From Basidiobolus meristosporus CBS 931.73 (Eukaryota; Fungi; Basidiobolomycota), in contig MCFE01000169.1 in NCBI GenBank assembly GCA_002104905.1, forward strand, positions 1-64,000: a DNA stretch of 64,000 nt, in the 5' to 3' direction. The notes beneath the pieces were generated by a model. It saw nothing but the letters and a program-made list of their open reading frames with translations, had not been told where the DNA came from and did no database searches. Each line of letters begins with the position of its first letter. Within the stretch, counting starts at the first letter, position 1. Both the position numbers and the translations under genes were made by a program. Shown in pieces: positions 1-11,379 of this stretch.

Positions 1-240
1 AGTGCCATAATCTACATAGCATGGCTTAGACAATGGGATAATTGATGATATAGATAGCTATTTGCTGATGAATTTGAATGTTGTTAATTTATCAGTTAGC
101 TCTCAATCATTGTGCTAAATAATGTTTTGCAATCAAAACTTGTTGTGTCTCTTTTTTGGTGAGCTCGGGCTATCTCATTTAGTCTCATCAAGCCAACAAA
201 GACTTTATTTACTCATTCCGCTGGCTTGACTACTGTACGA

Positions 241-429
241 TTAAGATGGACATTCCTTCCCTGGGATACGGATGGTACTGCCAGCATATAGTTTATCTAC
301 GTTCTCAATGTGATTCAGGTCTTTAAGTACCTTTACGATGGTCCCATAGTCCAATGCGATCTGGCTGAGCGTATCGCCATATCTTATAATATATTCAATG
401 GTCTCTATTGTGAAGCGTGTTTCCGTTTT
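241..429 (-). CDS. LysM-domain coding segment (terminal exon or pseudogene fragment), not in the ORF track
   Basis: Minus-strand translation reads KTETRFTIETIEYIIRYGDTLSQIALDYGTIVKVLKDLNHIENVDKLYAGSTIRIPGKECPS*, with the stop at 241-243. It matches the LysM pattern Y.I..GDTL..IA..YG...L..LN.I.N...L..G..I.IP. There is no in-frame ATG, so it needs splicing or is frameshifted. Confidence 0.82.
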   Translation of the reverse strand, partial: KTETRFTIETIEYIIRYGDTLSQIALDYGTIVKVLKDLNHIENVDKLYAGSTIRIPGKECPS

Positions 430-1039
430 TTATTGAATATTTAATGGGCAGCGTATTTAGGTGCTGCTTATTTATATCAATTTTCTTATGCGCAAGCCAA
501 AAGTAAAGGACTTGGTCGCTTGAGTGACTGGTACAAGTGCAGGTTGAGTCACCTGGAATGTAGCTTTATGCTACTCGTACTGATAAGTGCAAACATCACA
601 ACATTGGGCTACATCCATAGGCTGTGTATATACCGCCTGACGGCCATTAACATGCTGGGTACTGAGACAACGCTTGGAGTGACAACGGCAGACACAGGCA
701 CTGTAATAAATATGACAATATACTGAGTAAGCGAACCATGACCTGTACCATCATATATAGTAAATAATACCCAGTTCTACGTCTTTCAACAATAGATGAC
801 CTAATTACTGCCTTCATTGGGAGATTAGCTGGCACTAACTCCTAATACATACCTCTTATGTTGGCTAGTCTGAGTGGATGGTCATCAGTAGCCGCTACAA
901 CAAAGTGACTCTAACAGCTTACTCTGTTACAATTTTTACGAAAATCCTGGGATTTATGTTTTGTGTAAGCTTAAACATAGAGTTAAAGATTTCGATTTGA
1001 ATGCTAGAAACTGTAATTGTGAATAACCAGGTATGCCAT
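430..1039 (-). pseudogene. Putative 5' part of the LysM gene ('family D'): Pro/Val/Thr linker, start of a second LysM and small exons
   Basis: Segments read PIKYSIKNGNTLHN (LysM-like start, in another frame), ATFQVTQPALVPVTQAT, PVSAVVTPSVVSVPS and ATDDHPLRLANIR, the last followed by a GTATGT donor. A candidate AAAATGG start lies at 1039. The exon structure is unresolved. Confidence 0.35.
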
Positions 1040-1309
1040 TTTGCAATTAAAATTTCAAGCGTTTCTTGTACGTTTATTTTTTTTTGCACATTTTATTGCT
1101 TGCCAATTTTCAATGCGTAATTGTAGCGATACAGACTCTTATTTTGATTCGATTTTTGAATATCAAGTTGTCAGAACGCGCAATCTGTCCTCGCCAGGCT
1201 GTTGGAATAAATAACAGGCAAGTTCATCATTTGAGTAGCTCCTATGATCCCGAAAGACCGATCGGCCACTGCTCACACTTCCCTTTGTGGACAGTGCACT
1301 GTATCTCAT

Positions 1310-1700
1310 CTACCAACTTGGTACTAGTGTCATTGTTGGGAAACAAAGACTGGGAATGTACTACAGTACGGTCGTAATGATACCCAATTGCAGATGCGCC
1401 TTTTTATAGGAAAATAATGAGAAAACTTTTCTCTCATTTTGTGATCAAATCCCACAAGATTGTAAGAGATGAAAAAAACTGCATTATATATACTGCACTG
1501 CACTTTTCTGACTCAACTACGTAAGAGCAGTGCCATTCCTGAGTGAACGCTTTAAGCCCTTGCTTGTGAAGTCGTAGTATGTGTCGTTTCCCGTCCCTCA
1601 CATGTATGACGCAATTGTATGTGCACATAACCATCATTGCAACGTTTCTTGTATAGTCCGATGGTCCAGTCAATACATAAATATTAAACATGGTTTGCAC
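1310..1700 (-). promoter_or_regulatory. Conserved non-coding block X, copy 1 (two CATTCC hexamers, 1353-1358 and 1534-1539)
   Basis: Reverse complement of the block at 8280-8770, 16620-17000, 24740-25130 and 29200-29600. Confidence 0.6.
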
Positions 1701-2021
1701 TAAGGCTTATGGACATCCATGAGCAGGAGTCCCGCAATGCAGTAGTTAATACACACTACTAGTAGAATTTACCTTTAGGACTCATTGTTTCTCTATTGTT
1801 GCCAAACAAATGTGGAGTGCCCCTTGAAACATCGCTCTGTATTGTATTTCCTTGTCACATGTCAAATCTGTTTTGGACTGGTACACTATACCTACTGTAT
1901 ATTGATAGTCTATGAGCCTTTGGGAGTATGCTTGTCAAGCAAATAGCTTTGCCTACTCAATATTCTCTTCTTGGGTGTATTGATTTATATGTTAGGCGCA
2001 ATTTTCAGCACACTGAGTGTA

Positions 2022-2489
2022 CTAAGCATCTTGTTCTGGGCAATCTTCTTTGCATTTCGTCTCTGTTACTGGGGTTGTGACTTGGGTGGGCGGCATCAGA
2101 ACATATGGGTATGAATAATTATTGTCCGAGTGTTCCTCTCCCTTCTGCTTGGTATATTCAAATGCGTAGGCCCCACTCTCCAGCACGGGACCAGCACCTG
2201 CTTGATACTTAGCCTTTGTTTCTATTGGCATTAGCAATGTTTGGGCCATCATGCTTTCTGGTTACGGTGGTGAGTGCCTGGTGCAATAGCGGGGATTGAA
2301 TAATCGACGTCTTAACGGCAGGCAAAACTTGAACATTTTTGTGGGAATCCTTTGCATACTGTGCATATGGTGAGCTGCGAAAATGGACCTTATCTATACT
2401 CGCGAGTGCTTGGAAAAGAGCAACTGATTGGGGCAGCAACAGCAACTCGCAGAAAGGCCTAGAATCACTGATATAATAATAAAGTGCAT
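2022..2489 (-). pseudogene. Family A secreted-protein pseudogene
   Basis: ATG at 2489 (MHFIIISVILGL...) and TATA-like site at about 2535. The A core (QSPLLHQALTTVTRKHD...) and the C-terminal part (YQAG...EDCPEQ) lie in different frames. Confidence 0.85.
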
Positions 2490-2921
2490 GTTGAAGTTCA
2501 GCTGAATAATGTGATGGTGATTAATTGGGCTGTTATATAGCACGGCGGGCTCCAGAATATGGTTTAGCTGATGTGAGCTGCTTACGGACTGTTTTATAAC
2601 TTATATCTGATTCTTCGTGACAGAGCAAGTCTTTAATCATACTCAAATCTTAAAGTACTACTCCAATGCCATTACATTCTTGTGGGCACGCTTCCAATCA
2701 TCATCTGAGTATCTACCATTCATCTCACGCAATTGTACCATCAATCTGACCACAGTTCCATTATGTTGTGGAACCTACCATTACCTAACCTTATATAATC
2801 TTTCCCTTTATATTATAGAACATACCATTACTGATCCTAGTATCTTCTTCCACTGAAATGCCTAACTTTAAAGTGGCAACAAGTGGTTATCTCACACTTC
2901 TTGTATTCTCCTCTAAGCACA

Positions 2922-3030
2922 TGTACTGCTGGCTGAATGATGATCAAGGACTATTGCTACTTGGGCTGGTTGAGGGATTGACTAGTAACTTGCAACTGGT
3001 CAAACTGGTTTGAGCTGAAGAATGACCATC
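2922..3030 (-). pseudogene. Family B internal fragment
   Basis: Reverse complement translates to ...SSNQFDQLQVTSQSLNQPK*Q*SLIIIQPA, homologous to B core NQFDQAQVIDQTLYQPKQQQPQIIITQPA. Confidence 0.7.
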
Positions 3031-3035
3031 AATAA

Positions 3036-3272
3036 GTGTTCATCACTAATACCAGAAAAGACAACAATCTGAGCACTGCTGATGCCAGCAGTGATAAAGG
3101 TTTCATTGTGAAGTATCAAGCAGACCCCAGTTACGAAGCAGAGGGCACAGCCAGCACATCAGAATACGCCAAGCAGAAAGAAGCTAAGCACTTGGACAAC
3201 AGCTCTTCAAATCCCTATGTTTATATGCAATGCGTAGAAGACTGTCCAGAGTGAAATGTTCAATACAATTAA
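3036..3272 (+). pseudogene. Family A 3' fragment
   Basis: ORF 3036-3254 carries TRKDNNL...YQADPS...EYAKQK...CVEDCPE. The 5' half is missing. The 3' flank matches 15300-15810. Confidence 0.8.
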
Positions 3273-3667
3273 TGCAGTGACAATGCTGAAAATGTAGGCG
3301 GCCATCGCCACACTATTATTGAAAATGTTCAATCAATAAAATTCAAATGACATTCTTATATTGGTTGTTACTATTGATTAGCTTTAACTGTGTTTCCAGC
3401 GCTTTTTACTGATTCACACTTGTACCATTATTAGAACTGCGAGCTTTAGAACTAGATATAGGATTACGTACTAAAATACTAACCCTCAGTGTTTAGTAAT
3501 GCTGCCCTCCACCGAAAAGTAAGATATTTTGACTACATAGTAATATCCGGTAGTGTTACACAAATATTCGAGATTGTCAGACTGCTCCGTGACTGTTAGC
3601 ATTGTGATATTTCCTCTTAAGGCTGCTGCAATCATTTTTGTGCAAGCTTTAGGAACATAATAAAAGT

Positions 3668-3718
3668 GAAGAGACTGCGACCTGAACGCAGCGCCTTAGA
3701 CCACTCGGCCACCTCACC
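3668..3718 (-). pseudogene. Truncated tRNA-Leu(CAG) copy
   Basis: Identical to the 5' 51 nt of the tRNA at 15725-15806. The T-arm and 3' acceptor strand are deleted. Confidence 0.9.
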
Positions 3719-3900
3719 AGCTTACTTTTGCCAACAGGCAAGGTGCCACTCGATGCCAAGTGACATCAACACATACAAAGATGGAAAAAAGGGACAAATC
3801 ACAGTAAGGTGTAAATATAATATATTTATATAATATATAAATACCCATCAAGAAGTTAGTGAGTGAAGATCTTGTTAGTTGTCCGTGTCCAAAACATTTG

Positions 3901-3940
3901 CGAGGCGTATGGGACTCGAACCCACAATCCCGGATTCAAA
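3901..3940 (-). pseudogene. tRNA 3'-half fragment (isotype uncertain)
   Basis: Minus strand GGATT-GTGGG-TTCGAGT-CCCAT-ACGCCTCG gives a variable loop, T-arm with B-box and acceptor 3' strand. No D-arm or complete anticodon arm is present. Confidence 0.5.
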
Positions 3941-6900
3941 TCCTCTTTTGTTACAATACTCAGTCAGCTTTGGCCAGCGAAGTAATCTGGCAATGTTTAA
4001 GCAACCTCACACCAATTAACACAAATATAATCCCTTTTCTTGTGCGCTACATACTTATATTTGAACAACAGAACGATTCTTGCACTTTACCCTATCTCTG
4101 ATTACTCATATAATGTTACACGATTGGTGAGTTCTGAATTCAGAAAACCGATCACAAGAAAATTAATTCCGAGTTTACCAGAAGTCAAGGTACAATACCT
4201 TAGTTCCTCTTACGTGTTTACCTTGACTTTTGTTAACTATTCCACATCTGCTTCTTACGCATTGTCAAGTTCATATTGCTCACACAGGTGATTCTTATCA
4301 AGCTGATATTGTGTATACAGGTGACCAGAACAGGAACAGTGTGACCTGATTAATAAGAAAATGAAGTGGAAGGCATGGCTTTAAGTGATTAATATTAGCT
4401 TGGCTTGCAATATGTAAAGTTTGAGACAAATAGGATAAACATGGGGGATTTATTATTGTAGTTGACATTATAAGCTCTAGGCTTCTTGTGGACAGCTTAA
4501 TTTAGCAGTCTGTGCCTAACAAGTACAGCAACAGAGGGACATCTATCAGCATCAAATGTAAGAAATGATCACTCATAGTCAAGTTAGTCTTTGGTACTTT
4601 TATCTCTGGTTCACTCCAAACTTGGTCTATATGGTAGCTCATCATAACTATTTCTAGTTTCTATGATATGGTCTTAATCTAATATGCTGTCTAATGTCTC
4701 ACTAACTCACTGTGATATTTTTTCTCCTCACTTACCCTATGAAAAATTTCAAAGTTGTAGCTCATCTGATATTCAGCCAGCATTCAGGTAGTATTCTAGT
4801 GGTATATTACTGGTATTCAGCTGGTGCTTTTCCTTCAAGTATTTATTTGCAATTTCTGATGGAAGTAGTGAGCAGCTGACTACCAAATCTGGTATGAATA
4901 ATATATGTCCTAATCTCCTCCTGGATTATATGTCTATTTGTCTGCCCAGCCATCAGTACCTAAATAATGAGAGTGGTCAATTATGAGAAAGTTGGAGTTC
5001 AGCTGATATTGTGATGGTATCCCACTGGCCTTTTCTTAATTTTTGTTGTTAGAGTCATTGCAAGTCAGGCTTCTAAACATTAAGTATAGCATAGGGCTTG
5101 TTCTACTGAGCTATTCACCATAGTTTGGGGCAGAGTTCACAAGTTTGTTATCAGAGCAATAGGCTAGTGTCATATTCAGGGAATGATGCCTTTAAACCAG
5201 TGATATCCTATGAAACTTCACTCTCAAACATACTTTGGTACCCTGTGGCACTATAATCAGCCCCAGCATTGGAACAAGCTCACTAAACTCTCTCTGCATT
5301 AGATCAGGTTAGCCAAAGGCCTCCAAGTGTGTACATATACTGCAATCCACTCATTAGAGTCCCCCAGGCTGTGAGCTCTATTGATCCTGCATGGAGTATA
5401 TTGCTGGAGATTCTACATCAAGTTAAACCTAAGACCAATAGCAGTTTGAGCAGTACAACATATCATTGAATAGCAGACTTGACTTCCATAAGATGTTCAG
5501 CTGGTATTTGCTGGTTATCCTATGATCTTTGGCTGCTCTTCTGTTAACACTTTTCGTCATATTCTCAAGTGAGAGAATTTTCAGAGTCAGTGAGCTGATT
5601 TTTTCCATGTTTAGGAGGAAGATTTCTCAGGTAATACACCTTCTGGGACCAGTGTCTACTTGGCCTCAAGAAGGCTAGCAGGGACTTGTCAAGTCATTGA
5701 TTATACCAAATCAATCTAAACCTTTTGCGCACAACAATAGTTTTTTAATAAAGCTCTTGATGATCCATTGGCATTGCTGATATGAATGCTAGGAGTAGGG
5801 TAGTGAAGATAGTTCCTGGGAACTTCTGGTCTAAAAGGCTTGGCTTCATCACCTTAACTTTCAAAGTCGATCCCGGTGAAGTGACTTTGTGAGCACTGCC
5901 TATGCAGTGTCTTTACATCCACGAGAATACTGAATTTTAAAAATTAATCCCGGTGGAGGAGTGAAGAAGCAGACTGCTGGTCTATATAGCTTAGCTTCAT
6001 CACCCGTACTTTCAATGCCGCCTACCAAAGCAAGAGTGAACTAGCCCTAAGACCCTAACCAGAGATTAGGACTTCAATCTTACTACCTTGAATGAGGTTG
6101 ATATCTCTATTTCAGGAGGACACATCGTTTGTGCCGCATAAACCGATGTTGTAGAGAGAAGGTATGAATGGCAGTCTTGTATTCGAAGACTTGCACGAGG
6201 CAAAGAGTGAGGCGCATAACCTAAGCAATTGGATGTCAAACACCTGCCACCTCGTAGTCTCTATAGGGAAGCATACAACCACTACCGTACCCCTCGTGCC
6301 CGTCACCCTCGCAGCACAAACGAGGATGTCTTCAGAGGTATGGCTAAGCCAGTGCAATTCTCCGTCTTCAACTATATGCGTAAACTTGGTTTCCTATGTT
6401 GACTCTCATCACAGTTGCCATAACCATCCACACCATTGCCATTGCCTACTCCCACCGTTGCTACAGTATTCATTCCCAGAAACGTTACCACAATTAAGCT
6501 TGACAATATTTGTATCCATTGCATGTATTCGTTACGTCTCATGCGCTACCATGTTATTAGCTAAATCTAAGAGGAGTAGTAAGATTTGAGGGGCGGACAC
6601 TTTCATCGAAGTTGTTGACTGTCTACGCGATATTCTGTGTAGCATTTCCAGTTTTCAATCATCCAAAGGTTGTATTGTCCTACTCGAACCGGCTACTCCC
6701 TCCGATCTACTCGTTGAGCATAGAGGAGAATACGTGTTCATTTACCTTTTATTCACCACTGTGACGAGAAAATATGGCAAAAGTTACAAATGACTACGTC
6801 CCATCAGAGTAAAGCCAGTGGTAGCGTAATGTGTACATTGCGTTTCAAGGGTAGTTTTGTTGTTTACTAGGATTTATTATCTGTAAGGTGCATAAGACAG

Positions 6901-7455
6901 AACATACTCTCACTCATTTGACCGTTACTTTCCAATCTTCTTGAGCAACAGTAATGTAGAAAGTACGATTTCCTTGTCTAATAGCGTCATCCACCTGATT
7001 GTAAGATGCCTTTCCGTAGGTATTTGAAAACTTTTATAGAGTAGCCAGGAACACGAACCAGGCGGTCTCCGGATCCAAGAACGTAATTAATAATGAAATT
7101 CTGCAACCATTGTGGGAAAAGCGCAAAAGGCGTGAATGCGGATACTGATGAAAATTGCTATGGCAATTCTCTCTCTCCCCTTTGGCTCTAAACATACGTT
7201 AAGAAACTCCAAGACCATGCCGACATTTGAAGAGCTCAACAAGGACGTGATCAACTACTGTGTACATCAGCTTTACAAACAAGCTATCCCTATGGAAAAT
7301 TGAAAATATAAGAAACTATGGGCATATAGTGTGAGTAATGACCTGATTAGTCAACGAAAGCTAAGATATACAATATATAATAGCAATTTTCCCAGCTTAA
7401 CCATATTATATGCTATGTACCAGCCCACGAATACATTATCCAGCTGTTTCGACAC

Positions 7456-7953
7456 ATGCCCTTTATTACCGTAGCAGTAATTCTAGGCCTTGTTACGAAT
7501 CAAGTTGCCGTTGCTGCCCCAATCGGCTGCTCTTCTCCATGCACTCGCGAGTGTAGAAGGGTTCATTATCGCAGCTTATCATGTGTACAGTATGTGAACG
7601 ATTTCTACCAAAACGCTCGAGCTTTGACTGTCGTTAAGACGTCGAATATTCAATCCCCGTTATTGCGCCAGGTTTTCACTACCGTGACCAGAAACCACGA
7701 TAACCTGAACATTGCTAATGCCAGCAGCAATAAAGGCCTCAATGTCAAGTATCAAGCCGGACCCAGTCTCGAACTGTAGGGCGGGGCCAACGCACTGGAA
7801 TACGCGAAGCAAAAGGGAATGAAACACCCGGACAATAGCTCTGCATATCCCTACGTTCTGATGTAGTCCACCCAAGATATACAATACACAACCTCTGTAG
7901 CAGAGACAGAACAAAACGTTCAATACAATTAGTATGCTGACAATTGCGCTTAA
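7456..7953 (+). pseudogene. Family A pseudogene with in-frame stops
   Basis: Signal peptide and A core are intact. In-frame TAG stops lie at 7777, 7864 and 7930, and the ancestral end ...ADNCA* is at 7951-7953. Close paralog of 14857-15354. Confidence 0.88.
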
Positions 7954-8279
7954 TAGATAAAGCAATCTAAACTGAGGATATTGAGTAGGCAAAACAAATA
8001 AGCATTCTTTGCACGACTACCCTACCCTCACAGCCGAATAGACTATCAATCCATGGCAGACACAGTGCACCGGTCCAAAAAAATCGACATACGACGAAAC
8101 TCACATCGACAGAAACCAAAGGAATAGGAGCACTCCACATTTGGGCGGTGGCAAGATGAACTAACGATAGAGAAGTTCGAGCAGCTTTGTGTATCAACTA
8201 CCGCATTTGAAGATACTTTGGGATGTCAGTAAGCTCTTGTGAGCGCCATGGTTAATGTTCATGTACTTACTCCATCGAA

Positions 8280-9045
8280 CTGTAAAATGTTGTATCGATA
8301 TTGGGAGTTAAATTGCCGTTTAAGTCAATGTACCATTGTGTTATCCGTGAGACGCAAAATGACTCATACTACGGTTTCTCAAGCAAGGGCTTGAAGCGTG
8401 CACACAGGAATGGCACTTTTCTTACGTAGTAGGTTATTTCATAGTCAATTAGTCTAGTCCGGAGTAGTATATATATTACTGTTATTTTCGTCGATTTCAA
8501 TATTATGGGATTTGGCCACGAAATGAGTGAAAATTTTTATCCATTTTTCTTCTATAAATAGGGAGCATCTGTCGTTTGGTATCGTTACGACTGTACTTTA
8601 CAGGATTATGTATATAGTACATTCCCAGTCTTTGTTTCCCAACAAAGACACTAAAGATGACATGTAGTGCGCTGTCCGTAAAGGGAAGTGTGAACAGTGG
8701 CCGATCGGTCTTTTGGGACCTTAGGACCTGTTCAGTTGCGGTCTGCACATTCTGACAGGTTGTTGTTAACCAAATATCATTCAAAAATCAAATCAAAATA
8801 CCAATCTCTCTCGCTACATATTCATATTGAAAATCAGCAAGCAAAGAAAAGAAAAATACTTAAAATTTTGTTTGCAAAATGACATACTTGTTTGATTACG
8901 ATTGCAGCTTTCTGATCATTAAAATCAAATTCATAACTGAATGTTTAAGCAGGTACACAACTTTGCATAAAAGTAGGAAAAGAGTAAGTCGGTAGTCGAA
9001 CTTTATTGTAGCGGCTACTGGTGACCATCCACTCAGACTTGCCAA
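8280..9045 (+). promoter_or_regulatory. Block X copy 2 plus truncated 5' end of the family-D (LysM) gene
   Basis: GGAATG at 8407, TATAAATA at about 8553, CATTCC at 8620 and GCAAAATG at about 8875. The frame ATGDHPLRLANL* at about 9013-9050 is homologous to 860-1700 (minus) and 16620-17260. Confidence 0.55.
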
Positions 9046-10953
9046 CCTCTGACTGCTCCAGTGCGCTTGGTTTTCGTTGCTCTGTTGCCAGCCTCACGCG
9101 TTCCCCAAGTCTTTAATAACCTTGCCATCTCACAATTACTTGAAGATGCCAATGTCAACACTAGGCTCCAGAGGACAACGCCCTCGACATGGATCGAAAT
9201 CATCAGCAGGGACCCACTACTCAAGCCTCCACCCAACCAGTTCTCCAGAAGCTTGAGCTACAGATAGACGCCACTCTACCCAACTGCTCACTTTTTCCAA
9301 AATCCAAATTTAGCAAAAGATAGAATGAAGGGGCTAAGAGTTATGGGATTGAGATTATTTATTACAATGCTTTAATATTCATTACCATCGCTTTAAGTTA
9401 CCTTTACTGTTCCTTAGTAGACCCATACCACACTCACATACCTCAGAAATGACTGTATGGTGACACTCCTGCGTAATGATTTCGGGCAATAGCTATCTGT
9501 GCTGGGGCATAGGGCCAGTGGGGGGGGTACAGAGAGGCATTGTAATCATCAATCTATTTATCTCGCTTCTAGCTCGATCCCCTAGTACCACAGACACTGT
9601 TTCAAAGGTGAAGTCCTTACTCCGGTAAGTCAGGTCCAAAAGCGTACGTGTTCTCTTAAAATATGCCTTGCATTGTTGTATACTACACTCACATCTCAGT
9701 AACCATGGTCTATGGGTAGACAAATGCGCCAAAGAAAACGCTCAATCCGGAAGAAGAGTGTTTGACACGGTTATTCTGGAGATTGCCGACTTGATTCCCC
9801 GTAGCTCATCTTACAATGGAAAGTGTGGAGTTTGGCTGGTATACCAACGCATACACCGAAGTATTGAGGATGCATGGCTGTTATCGTACTTCTATTTCTC
9901 ATCCAAAAAGGCTTCATTGAAATGAATGAACAAACCTGCGGTGTTACACACTCAGTTTTCTTGCCACCAACGCAGTGAATGTAGCCTCGATTCGGGTCTA
10001 TCATCTCAGCCCACCACTATGCCAAGACTTAACCCGCTCTAGAGACATGAACAACTTGAATGGATTGATGGCCTAACCGAATATTTTGTTGTCAAGGACA
10101 ATGAACAGCACTTATTGATTCATTAAATGGCACTTTGCTCATTTCACCAGTACTCTTGGTTCAACTCTAAGTAGGGCAATAGTGGGAATACCAATGCTAC
10201 CTAAAAGTCTAACAACGCACTTGTATGCACAAGCACATGTCGGGATATGAGGGAAAGAGGATCGGGCAGTTAGTGCCCAGATGGTAAATGTCTTAATCTT
10301 CAGTGTGTATTTCCATGGGTAAAGTCTTATCAATGTAAGCTGCGGATAAACTTCACCACTTTAATGAATGGAAAGTAGTAAGCTTCTTATCCACAAAGCC
10401 ATTGCATCCCACTTAGTCATATCTATATTTACTTGTATGTGGAATGACGAAAAATCAAAGAGTGTTACCTTCTCAGTCATACTAGAGTCCAACAAACACT
10501 TGCGTGTTACTGCAAATAGCGGCATCTAGATTTAAAAATCAAGATTCATCGGCTAAAAAGTGTTTATTGCAGACTATGTGCAACAATATTATATATCATT
10601 TATACTTTATAAGCGACAGTGTTACCTAGGACTTTGCATATCTCGATTGAATATCATTACCGCTTTAAGTCTCAAATGGTAGATTTGACTGTAATCAATG
10701 TATCCACACTCATTCCGTTGTCACAGACTGCTTAGCCACAACAGTCATGGAATGTACATGTTACAGTAAACGTAATTATCGAGATTGTCTATGCATCTTG
10801 AGGTCTTGATTTACTTTCCAGTTAGAGGCCAAAGATGCTTTATTGGTGTAGGACTACCACTACACAATAGCATGTCTGATGAGCAACCCGGTTCATGGAT
10901 TGCCAATTTGTTTTTGTGTATTAACATCATCTCAATGCTGCAGCTCTGTGGAA

Positions 10954-11042
10954 CTGGTTTACATTACCCAGGTAACCTTCTGAGCTGGTTTACATTACCC
11001 AGGTAACCTTCTGAGCTGGTTTACATTACCCAGGTAACCTTC
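10954..11042. repeat. 31-bp tandem repeat, 2.9 copies
   Basis: Unit CTGGTTTACATTACCCAGGTAACCTTCTGAG at 10954, 10985 and 11016 (last copy partial). It contains the dyad TTACC-CA-GGTAA. Confidence 0.95.
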
Positions 11043-11181
11043 TTCTCTTGTACAACCATCCTTAGAGCTAGCCACAGCGACTATTGACAAAAGTATGTGC
11101 AACAATGGGGAAATGACGCCTGTATATTGCGCTTACCTTGCTGCTAGACATCATTCACACACTAAGCTCTCAATCAAAACA

Positions 11182-11379
11182 ATGATGAAGAAATTTGCAG
11201 TCTCCTTGATGGTCGCCTTCCTTGTGGCCAGCTCCAGTTCCGGTTCCGTAGATACTCTCTCGTGCCAAGCCCAAGGGAACTCGAGAGGCTCTTTGTGCGT
11301 TTCCGGTAGCTGCCCCACCGGTTGGAGATCCGTATTCTGGGATACCGGATGCAAGTCCGGCCAGAGATGCTGTATCTGA
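11182..11379 (+). CDS. 65-aa secreted six-cysteine peptide, beta-defensin-like spacing
   Basis: MMKKFAVSLMVAFLVASSSSGSVDTLSCQAQGNSRGSLCVSGSCPTGWRSVFWDTGCKSGQRCCI. It has a signal-peptide-like N-terminus, C-x10-C-x4-C-x12-C-x5-CC spacing, an A-rich start context (CAAAACAATG) and a GC/CpG-rich body. Confidence 0.8.
   Translation: MMKKFAVSLMVAFLVASSSSGSVDTLSCQAQGNSRGSLCVSGSCPTGWRSVFWDTGCKSGQRCCI

Noticed and set aside
7093-7191. 32-aa ORF starting MKFCNHCGK (zinc-ribbon-like start)
   Set aside because: It has only one CxxC pair, stops early and has no supporting promoter or splice model. Too short to call.
8650-8748. Short frame MTCSALSVKGSVNSGRSVFWDLRTCSVAVCTF* shares RSVFWD with the defensin-like peptide
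   Set aside because: There is no signal peptide and the Cys pattern is absent. The homologous positions in other block-X copies (about 25025, 29500) contain TGA and do not keep the frame, so this is most likely chance.
9050-10350. CpG-retaining region with protein-like but stop-interrupted frames
   Set aside because: It may be decayed genes, but no consistent strand, start or domain could be supported.
10954-11042. Tandem 31-bp repeats considered as a CRISPR array
   Set aside because: There are no spacers between units, no cas genes, and the context is eukaryotic.
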